Assembly: GCA_964368835.1 (NCBI GenBank)
Contig: CAYJCZ010000005.1
Coordinates: forward strand, 1 to 41,694
Length of the DNA: 41,694 nt
Origin: an uncultured Candidatus Saccharibacteria bacterium
GTDB taxonomy: Bacteria; Patescibacteriota; Minisyncoccia; Phycocordibacterales; UBA6065
Reading direction: 5' to 3'
This document shows, piece after piece, positions 28,778-35,909 of the stretch (positions within the stretch are counted from its first letter, which is position 1; every line of letters begins with the position of its first letter). A program made the translations under genes and the position numbers. Below the pieces are notes generated by a model, which searched no databases, had not been told where the DNA came from, and worked only from the letters and a program-made list of their open reading frames with translations.

Positions 28778-29653
28778 TTAATTTAAAGTGCTTGTATTGA
28801 GGGTTACTATTGGTTTTTTTATATTTTTTTCGTCATACATTACTTGAGCAATATTTGTCCACAAAGGGTTTTGTTTGATCTGCTCGTTTGTATGTTTTTT
28901 ATAATAGACACGATTTAAAGTGTTACATCGATATACCTTGTCTATCTTTGATCTTATGAAAGCAGAATCAGCTTCTTCTATCTTTATTACATAACCTAGT
29001 TGCTGTGGGGCACTAATACTGCCGCGTAGCTGCGTATCTGTGGTACGAAGGTTTAACTTTATTGGAAACGGATAGATGTTTTTAACTTTCAAGTCAATTA
29101 GGTTGAAAAATACTGTAGCCCCGGATGCAAATGGTACCGTTCTACCATTATCAGGAAATACATCCTTTGAATGATGCTTTCTTTCTACGAAAAGACATTC
29201 AGTGCAGGCAAACATATAAGCTATTAAGTTAGACAACTGGCATAAACCACCACCTACATCCTCCTTCAATTGTCCTCCCGAGAGAACTAATCCCTTTTTA
29301 AAACCTTTCTTTAAGGTAGGTCTACCTACATGTTTCCAAAATGAAAAAACTTTACCCGGAGGGATAACTATTCCGTTTAAATGTTTTATCGCTATGTTTA
29401 TATTTTCAATCTTTCCTTCATCTAATTCTCTTTTATTGAATTTTCGAAAAAGTGGAGATGAGTGCTCGACGAGATTAAATTGAGTAGATTTAGTTTCTTT
29501 TTGAAACCTAAAACTCAAATTAAAATTATAGCGTAGAGATTTTAGCAGTCTTTTTGTTTCCAAAACTAGAGGGAGCAAGATAGGATACTGTCTTGTTATT
29601 GCCATCCTAGTATTTCTTTCATTTTCTTTGATTTGTTCAGTATATACGTCCAT
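28778..29653 (-). CDS. VanW-like protein
   Basis: NGIVIPPGKVFSFW, GGGLCQLS, ATV..NLIDLKVKN; start moved to ATG 29653 because the longer ORF overlaps tRNA-Ser. Confidence 0.8.
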   Translation of the reverse strand: MDVYTEQIKENERNTRMAITRQYPILLPLVLETKRLLKSLRYNFNLSFRFQKETKSTQFNLVEHSSPLFRKFNKRELDEGKIENINIAIKHLNGIVIPPGKVFSFWKHVGRPTLKKGFKKGLVLSGGQLKEDVGGGLCQLSNLIAYMFACTECLFVERKHHSKDVFPDNGRTVPFASGATVFFNLIDLKVKNIYPFPIKLNLRTTDTQLRGSISAPQQLGYVIKIEEADSAFIRSKIDKVYRCNTLNRVYYKKHTNEQIKQNPLWTNIAQVMYDEKNIKKPIVTLNTSTLN

Positions 29654-29673
29654 ATTATAAAAAGAGACTAGTG

Positions 29674-29760
29674 CGGAGAGGGGGAGATTCGAACTCCCGA
29701 GGAGCTTTCGCCCCTGGCGGTTTTCGAAACCGCTGCATTCGACCACTCTGCCACCTCTCC
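29674..29760 (-). tRNA. tRNA-Ser(CGA)
   Basis: Acceptor GGAGAGG/CCTCTCC; anticodon arm GCGGT-TTCGAAA-ACCGC; long variable arm; GTTCGAAT. Confidence 0.95.
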
Positions 29761-29781
29761 TTGATCTAAGCGGCTAAATCC

Positions 29782-29818
29782 TAACATTTTTTGCCTTTTT
29801 GGCAAAAAATGTTATATT
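29782..29818. promoter_or_regulatory. Symmetric bidirectional promoter for the divergent tRNAs
   Basis: Perfect 14-bp inverted repeat; TTGCCT-16-TATATT on +, TTGCCA-16-TAGGAT on -. Confidence 0.6.
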
Positions 29819-29843
29819 TGGGGCCTGTTTGCGGACATATAAC

Positions 29844-29915
29844 GGCCCTATCGTCTAATGGTTAGGACAGAAGCTTTTCAAGCTTTAAATCGGAGTTCGA
29901 TTCTCCGTAGGGTCA
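29844..29915 (+). tRNA. tRNA-Glu(TTC)
   Basis: Acceptor GGCCCTA/TAGGGTC; anticodon arm GAAGC-TTTTCAA-GCTTT; GTTCGATT. Confidence 0.92.
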
Positions 29916-29920
29916 CATTT

Positions 29921-29969
29921 GACAGCTAGCACGAGTAGCTAGGTCTACTCGTGCGCACGATAAGCTGTC
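29921..29969 (+). other. Two-tier hairpin upstream of the DUF3800 gene
   Basis: GACAGCT/AGCTGTC outer stem around perfect GCACGAGTAG/CTACTCGTGC; no U tract. Confidence 0.55.
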
Positions 29970-29983
29970 TAAGACTAAATAAA

Positions 29984-30748
29984 TTGGACGATCGAATACA
30001 TATATACATAGACGAATCAGGAGACATCACACCTGTGATAAATGGAGGCGGGCCCTTGTTTCTGATTGGTTGTGTAATAACAGACAACCCAACACTATTA
30101 AATAAAAAAATAAACGATCTCAAGGAAGAGATAAAGAACAGCGCGTATTACTTTAGAAATAAAGAGAATTTCGACAAAGATGGTTTTCACGCATCGACCA
30201 ACCATCCTGATATATACGGTAGGTTTATAGCATTACTCAATACTTTAAATTTCAGGTCGTATGCCGTATTTGCCGATAAAACAAACGAAAATTACCAGGA
30301 TACGCTAAAGCGCCACCCGGAATTTTACAGTTTTCTTCTCAAGATTCTTTTAAAGGATAGGATACTCAAGCGGAGGGACGAAAAGATTCATATAGTGCTC
30401 GAACAAGGTTCAACTAAACGAACGATAGAAAAAACGACGGTAGCAACAGTCTTAGACGAAATCAATAAATCACTAATTGAGGAAGGTTTCATAACAAAAC
30501 CAATCGACATTACCTTCAGTATTCAGGGTAAAAACGAGGACAATGGTTTAAGCGTGGTGGATTATATAAATCACATAATCTATACTGCTAAAGTCGGTGA
30601 TAGTGAGGGTAAAAAATTCCCTCGCGCCGAACAAAATCTTGCTCTCGTCGAGCCAAAAATCGCTGTCGTTTATGACTTGCTAAATAAGCGATATTTTGAA
30701 GGCCGCAAAGAAACATCTAAGCTTTTTGATTTCCTTAAAGGTGTTTAG
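29984..30748 (+). CDS. DUF3800 family protein (putative retron effector)
   Basis: N-terminal IYIDESGD signature, FHAS, VVDYINH; probable TTG start at 29984 (the ORF is open from 29951). Confidence 0.8.
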   Translation: MDDRIHIYIDESGDITPVINGGGPLFLIGCVITDNPTLLNKKINDLKEEIKNSAYYFRNKENFDKDGFHASTNHPDIYGRFIALLNTLNFRSYAVFADKTNENYQDTLKRHPEFYSFLLKILLKDRILKRRDEKIHIVLEQGSTKRTIEKTTVATVLDEINKSLIEEGFITKPIDITFSIQGKNEDNGLSVVDYINHIIYTAKVGDSEGKKFPRAEQNLALVEPKIAVVYDLLNKRYFEGRKETSKLFDFLKGV

Positions 30749-30841
30749 CTATCAGCCCTCGGTAATCCTATTTTTTTGGATGAGTATGAGTTCGTACTCG
30801 TAGTGAAGTCAACACAAGTTATTCCTACCAAGGGCTGATAG
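30749..30841 (+). ncRNA. Putative retron msr-msd ncRNA
   Basis: 11-bp terminal inverted repeat CTATCAGCCCT/AGGGCTGATAG enclosing a U-rich-loop hairpin and GAGTATG/CGTACTC; fills the gap between DUF3800 and the RT. Confidence 0.65.
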
Positions 30842-30849
30842 GTGAACAT

Positions 30850-31869
30850 ATGGATTTCAAGGATATACAAAACGTCCAAATGCTGTCTGAGTTCCTCGGT
30901 ATCGACCGAGAGTTTTTGGAGATGTTTTTAATTACCAAACCCCTTGTTTCTGAAACAACTGACAGCAAAGAGATAAGGGATAATAGCTGGTACGCCCGAA
31001 TACGGCTTCAAAAAAGAAATAGAAATTTTGGACATCGGGTGGTATACGATGTTAGGAAAAAAGACATACTCGATGCACATAAAAATCTACAGAGCCGTCT
31101 AAATAAGTTATATAAAGTACCGGATTGCGTTCACGGCTTTGTTCATGGCAAAAGCATTAGTTCAAACGCCTCATTTCACCTTGCCAAAAAGATTGTCCTC
31201 AAGCTAGACATCAAAAATTTCTTTGAAAGCATTACAGCAAATCAAGTCGCCGTTGTGTTTCAGAGACTTGGCTGCAATAAAGATATAAGCGAAGCGATTG
31301 CAAGACTCGTAACCATAGACGGGAAACTCGCCCAAGGCTTAGTAACTAGTCCCGTAATCGCAAACATGGCCGTTTCATCGCTCGATGAGAAGCTGAATGC
31401 CTTCTGCCTTGAGAGAGTGTTTGATTACACACGATATGCAGATGACATAACAATATCTTCAAATACAACAACCCCTGAAATTGAGGCGATTGAATCGATT
31501 ATTTCACCGTACGGATTCAGGCTGAATCACAATAAGACGCAGATTATGCTCCGCGGAAAACGACAATACGTTACCGGACTCACCGTCTTTGATGAAAGGT
31601 GTCCCCGCATCTCTAAACGAACCAAAAGAAATCTGAGGCTTGAAGTATACTATCAAAAATTATATGGCATGAGAGATGTCGCGCTTCACAAAATGGGGAT
31701 TTCTCGCAAAATATATGAGAACGACAACGACACCAGATCTTTGGTAGATGCAATTGCGGCGGGCGCTTTTAGAAACCTTAAGGGGAGAATAGACTTTGTG
31801 AACGCTGTCGAACCGCTGTTTGCGAGGGAGTTATATAATGATTTATTTGAGGGCCAAAAATCAGACTGA
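30850..31869 (+). CDS. Retron-type reverse transcriptase
   Basis: LKLDIKNFF, QGLVTSP, YTRYADD; retron hallmarks NASFH (NAxxH) and VTG. Confidence 0.92.
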   Translation: MDFKDIQNVQMLSEFLGIDREFLEMFLITKPLVSETTDSKEIRDNSWYARIRLQKRNRNFGHRVVYDVRKKDILDAHKNLQSRLNKLYKVPDCVHGFVHGKSISSNASFHLAKKIVLKLDIKNFFESITANQVAVVFQRLGCNKDISEAIARLVTIDGKLAQGLVTSPVIANMAVSSLDEKLNAFCLERVFDYTRYADDITISSNTTTPEIEAIESIISPYGFRLNHNKTQIMLRGKRQYVTGLTVFDERCPRISKRTKRNLRLEVYYQKLYGMRDVALHKMGISRKIYENDNDTRSLVDAIAAGAFRNLKGRIDFVNAVEPLFARELYNDLFEGQKSD

Positions 31870-31875
31870 TTTATT

Positions 31876-32979
31876 TTAGCTTGACGCCACTCTCATGCGG
31901 GAGAGCAAGAGTGAAAAGGCTACGGTGTTTTCTCTCAAGATTGAAAACACATCTTTTTCCTTATCGTAAGGAAGTTTAACCAGATCACCCAACAGTTCGC
32001 TATAAACGAAACATGTTTTCATGCACGCCGAATAAGATGCCGCAGAGTGAGCTATGATGACGTTCTTGTATTTTTTTAGGATGCTTTTGACCCAGTTCTT
32101 ACGCGGCCCTTGGAGGATTATCTTTACTTCAGTTTTGACGTTTTCTGAGATATAAGCAATCGTCTTTAGGACTTCCTCAAAATCATTATCGCTTTTTTGG
32201 AGCTGGCAATTGATCGTGATTACCTTTACCTTTGTGTTGTTATTCAGCCATTCCCCGATTCTTTTTCGGTGATGATCGTTAACCGCATAGAAGTGCGGAA
32301 TGGTAGGAAGTCCAAAGGATTCAGCGATTTCAAGGCTTTTGATGCTCTTCTTTAGACTCAAGGCATGGAACCACGGACATTCACCAAGAAAAACTGAAAA
32401 GTTTATACCAGTGACGGCAATGGCCCCCAATCTTTTGATGTTTTCAAAGAGTTTTAACTTATCCCTTTCCCTCCAGACTTTTTCGATAAGCTTATCTTGG
32501 CCGAACATGAATAGGACAACTTTTTTCGATTTGACCAGAGGTGATTTTAGGAGCCTTTCATCAAACACGAGGTCGTCTATATCCGTAAGTTCACCGAAAC
32601 GGTCTTTCGGTCTTGAACGAAATATATCTCCGAGAGCAATGCCGGTCACGTTTTGAGGTACGTCCCCGGGGAGCGCTTTCAGGAGGTGCTCTTTTTGCAT
32701 GAGAGGAATGAATCCTGGAAGTTCGCCTTGAAATGGTATTTTCAACTTTACGGTATTGAAATCGAGGCCGTCCACCTCATCAAGGAAAGCTTTTTTATTA
32801 CAATACTTACACGATATAACGTTCTCATTTCCTGGCAGACAATCATATTTGATGGCTTGTTTCTCATCCTCATTAATAAAGTGGCAAAAGTCGCCCTCTG
32901 TGGCAGAGCACAACAGGGAGCCGAAACCTAAATTATTTCTATCCCCGAGTAAACTCCGCGAACGGCTCATCTCCATCAA
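31876..32979 (-). CDS. DUF4417-like protein with a Cys-rich N-terminus
   Basis: LFMFGQDKLIEKVW, TGINFSVF, GLPTIPHF parallel my recollection of the DUF4417 pattern; true start uncertain (overlaps the upstream gene). Confidence 0.5.
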   Translation of the reverse strand: MMEMSRSRSLLGDRNNLGFGSLLCSATEGDFCHFINEDEKQAIKYDCLPGNENVISCKYCNKKAFLDEVDGLDFNTVKLKIPFQGELPGFIPLMQKEHLLKALPGDVPQNVTGIALGDIFRSRPKDRFGELTDIDDLVFDERLLKSPLVKSKKVVLFMFGQDKLIEKVWRERDKLKLFENIKRLGAIAVTGINFSVFLGECPWFHALSLKKSIKSLEIAESFGLPTIPHFYAVNDHHRKRIGEWLNNNTKVKVITINCQLQKSDNDFEEVLKTIAYISENVKTEVKIILQGPRKNWVKSILKKYKNVIIAHSAASYSACMKTCFVYSELLGDLVKLPYDKEKDVFSILRENTVAFSLLLSRMRVASS

Positions 32980-33289
32980 GCTTTGCCAATCCAGTGTATC
33001 GGAAGCCCTGACCGAGACAGTCTTCGATTTCTTCGCTTCTGTTCTTGGAAAGCTTAGTTATTGTTTTGCTGTTAAAACTGATTGTGAGAAGACCATTCTC
33101 CTTTTTCAAATCGAGCCGTGCGCCTGTAGGAACTCTTGCTTCCTTGGGCAATTTGACCCTAAAATAAAGAGGGCATGTCGGCGCCTCGGATTCTGAGCCT
33201 CCTTGCGCACCTCCACCGCCTGAGCCCTTTGCTATAGGCTCTTGAATACTGACTCTGTCATTTCTTTTACGTTCTGATCCAGATCCCAT
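32939..33289 (-). CDS. Small hypothetical protein with a Gly/Ser-rich N-terminus
   Basis: 116-aa ORF behind a strong promoter; C-terminal CLGQGFRYTG. Confidence 0.65.
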   Translation of the reverse strand: MGSGSERKRNDRVSIQEPIAKGSGGGGAQGGSESEAPTCPLYFRVKLPKEARVPTGARLDLKKENGLLTISFNSKTITKLSKNRSEEIEDCLGQGFRYTGLAKLDGDEPFAEFTRG

Positions 33290-33354
33290 GTTGTTTTAAA
33301 TGGTTAGATCTAATAAGTAATGCTGAAGCACCGCTTGTCACGAGGCCGCGTCTT

Positions 33355-33370
33355 TAAGCCGAGCGGCTTA
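33355..33370. promoter_or_regulatory. Palindromic operator candidate
   Basis: TAAGCCG-AG-CGGCTTA just downstream of the leftward promoter. Confidence 0.4.
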
Positions 33371-33399
33371 CTTACAGGAGGTTCATTCAACTATAGTGT

Positions 33400-33428
33400 A
33401 TTGTAGCATGAGATTTTGTATAGTCCAA
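33400..33428 (-). promoter_or_regulatory. Sigma70-type promoter of the two-gene operon
   Basis: TTGGAC-17 nt-TACAAT with extended -10 TG. Confidence 0.65.
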
Positions 33429-33512
33429 GCCCAAAAAGCTTATAAAACGTGGATAATGTGTGGATAACAACTATACAAACAGACGATTACCTGCTAGAAT
33501 GACTCTATCATT

Positions 33513-33815
33513 ATGATAGAGCTTAAAAAGGTGTTGGGTAAAAGGATAAGGGAGGCGAGGGACGAAAAAGGCATAACACAAAAGGATCTAGCGGAGTTTT
33601 TGGGATATTCCCCTATGGGAATCTCACATTTCGAAAACGGCATCAGAAATCTAAAGATTTCTGATGTTCAAAAACTATCGCAATTTTTCAATAAAGATCT
33701 GTCTTACTTTTTGCAACCCGATACTACCCTATTTAGGGCATCATCGAATCAGGTGGTGGATGTCGAAACTGCCATGAGCGACTTTGATAATTTTTTGAAT
33801 GAAAAAGGTTTTTAA
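33513..33815 (+). CDS. XRE-family HTH regulator
   Basis: GKRIREARDEKGITQKDLAEFLG...ISHFENG. Confidence 0.93.
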   Translation: MIELKKVLGKRIREARDEKGITQKDLAEFLGYSPMGISHFENGIRNLKISDVQKLSQFFNKDLSYFLQPDTTLFRASSNQVVDVETAMSDFDNFLNEKGF

Positions 33816-33818
33816 ATC

Positions 33819-34298
33819 ATGAACTCACATATTAAATATATTCAGGAAATCGCCGAGAAAGCTCTTTTTGGAACAGATCTTGCGAGCATACCAACCCCCA
33901 TTGAAGACGTGGCCCAGAGGTTCGGCTTGAAAGTCGTCGAATTTGATTTTCCCGATTCTATTTCCGGTGTACTGAAAAAAGAAAGAAATGTTATCGGTGT
34001 GAATAAAAAACATCATCCAGTAAGACAGAGATTTACGATCGCTCACGAGCTTGGTCATTTTTTACTCGGACACGACATAGGTAATGAGAATGATGTTGTT
34101 GACGACGACTTCGACAAACCAATCCCGAAAGAAAAAGAAGCGAACCTATTTGCGTCTTATATTCTTATGCCTGAAGATTCGGTAAAAGCCGAGGTAAAAA
34201 AAATAAATTCCATTGACCTAAAGCACCTCGCAAAAACCTTTAATGTTAGTGAGCAGGCAATGACTATCAGACTTCTAAATCTCAACCTCATCAAGTAA
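33819..34298 (+). CDS. ImmA/IrrE family zinc metallopeptidase
   Basis: RQRFTIAHELGH (HExxH), EKEANLFASYILMP, FNVSEQAM. Confidence 0.92.
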   Translation: MNSHIKYIQEIAEKALFGTDLASIPTPIEDVAQRFGLKVVEFDFPDSISGVLKKERNVIGVNKKHHPVRQRFTIAHELGHFLLGHDIGNENDVVDDDFDKPIPKEKEANLFASYILMPEDSVKAEVKKINSIDLKHLAKTFNVSEQAMTIRLLNLNLIK

Positions 34299-34308
34299 GG
34301 AGTCAAAA

Positions 34309-35637
34309 TTAGACTAGTTTGTTTAGGCACACTTTTCTACCATTTAGGACTATTTCTGTTTTTAAACAGCTTAAGAATTCTCGTCTCTCCTGCACGGATC
34401 CCTCTTGTAGGATGAACATTGCGTAGTTGCGTATATCGATATCCTTGATAGTAATTTGTGATTTTTCGCCCAAGAGCATCTGCTGAAACTTTTTGATCCT
34501 CCTTACCTCCATCGCGATTTTGTCTTTCATCGGCACGGTCTGTATATCGATGTCACTCATAAGCCCCTTCAACTGTTCAATTAAATCGTCCTCATTGATA
34601 GCTTCGCACCTACAGCTCGGGTCCTTTGCCTTGGTGCAACGGTAATAGACGTATCGATGAACATTACCGTTCTCCTGATGTTTGAACTTTTCGTCGGCTG
34701 TAATGCCTGACCCGCAGATTCCACACGTCATGATTTTGGTGAAAGCAAATTCCTTTTGAGAGGCGCGGGATTCCATGGTCTTACTTTTGATACGCTCCTG
34801 CACCTGATCAAACAGGTCTTTTGAGATGATCGGCTCATGTGCTCCGTTGTACCACTGCCCTGAACCCTTAGGAAATTCGAATCTGCCGTAATAAAAATGG
34901 TTATCGAGCGTGCGGTACAGGTTGCCGAGGCTGAGCGGCTTGTTGAATTCGGTCTTGAACTTAATCTCATATCGAAGCCAGCTATAGAGCTTCCGCCCGC
35001 TCCAGTTATCATATGCGATTTTCTCGTACATCTGCCTGACTATTGGCGCACGTTCTGGATCGATGATACTTTCACACTTTTTATCCGTACGCTTGGTCTT
35101 GAAATATCCCGTCGGAGGCCTGCATGGCCACAAGCCCATTTCAACCCTGGCTCTCAGTCCGCGCTTCACGTTTATGCTCTTGTTATCGTTCTCGAGCTTC
35201 GCCTGACTACAGAGAATCATCAGAAGGAACTTCTCGTTTGGCGAGTTGGTGAAAGTCTGCCCATACGTTTGGATATGGATGAGCTTTTTCTGGTCCATCA
35301 AATCTACGAGCGACCCGAGGTCGCCTGCATTTCTGCTTAACCTGTCGGGTGCCCATGTCAGGATTCCATTATATGTTCCTCTTCCGATCTCTTCGATTAT
35401 CTCCTTGAAGACTGGTCGTTGTCCTGAATCTTTAGCAGAATGTGCCTCCTTCTTTACGGCGATAACATGAAGCTTCAGCATGTCGGCGATAGCCGACATT
35501 TCCTTGATCTGCGAATCGATAGAGAGCGCCTGCTTCTCGTCCTGTTCGGTCGATTTTCTGGCATAAAGGCAATATTTGATACGGGTTGGTGATACCAATA
35601 CCGTGTTATGAATCTTACCGATAGCATTCGTTTCCAT
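34309..35637 (-). CDS. Large serine recombinase
   Basis: YCLYARKST catalytic Ser, DRLSRN, recombinase domain, Zn ribbon CGICG...YYRC. Confidence 0.93.
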   Translation of the reverse strand: METNAIGKIHNTVLVSPTRIKYCLYARKSTEQDEKQALSIDSQIKEMSAIADMLKLHVIAVKKEAHSAKDSGQRPVFKEIIEEIGRGTYNGILTWAPDRLSRNAGDLGSLVDLMDQKKLIHIQTYGQTFTNSPNEKFLLMILCSQAKLENDNKSINVKRGLRARVEMGLWPCRPPTGYFKTKRTDKKCESIIDPERAPIVRQMYEKIAYDNWSGRKLYSWLRYEIKFKTEFNKPLSLGNLYRTLDNHFYYGRFEFPKGSGQWYNGAHEPIISKDLFDQVQERIKSKTMESRASQKEFAFTKIMTCGICGSGITADEKFKHQENGNVHRYVYYRCTKAKDPSCRCEAINEDDLIEQLKGLMSDIDIQTVPMKDKIAMEVRRIKKFQQMLLGEKSQITIKDIDIRNYAMFILQEGSVQERREFLSCLKTEIVLNGRKVCLNKLV

Positions 35638-35741
35638 GTATCAATTAATGACAGAGAACAGGATTTTGCTAAGGCACGCTTGTTGACAACTCCAAGCTAA
35701 AATTCCTTTATTTATGGCCCTTTATGTGATAATATATGAAA

Positions 35742-35875
35742 GTACCCATAACGAATTGTAGCTTGGCATCCGTGTGCCTGCCGTCGATCCCGCTCTAAAA
35801 GGGCATCATCAGCGGGCAGGATCGATGGCTTCGGCTACTCGTGAATGGGTACACCGTCTGGTGGTGCCCTTTTTT
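35742..35875 (+). promoter_or_regulatory. Structured leader with mutually exclusive antiterminator and terminator, upstream of mod
   Basis: GTACCCAT (35742-49) pairs ATGGGTAC (35845-52), which overlaps the 5' arm of terminator 35847-35869 + T6. Confidence 0.55.
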
Positions 35876-35909
35876 AGTATCTGCACATCAGACAGCATAG
35901 CCGTACCCT

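Noticed and set aside
29654-29746. N-terminal extension of VanW in the ORF track
   Set aside because: It overlaps tRNA-Ser
35790-35816. CTGATGA on the minus strand as a hammerhead ribozyme core
   Set aside because: No GAAA after a stem II and no compatible stems I and III
29930-35843. 10-nt inverted match (29930-39 vs 35834-43) as recombinase att or inversion sites
   Set aside because: It is short enough to arise by chance, both copies are explained by local hairpins, and TACTCGTG also occurs in an unrelated terminator near 15633
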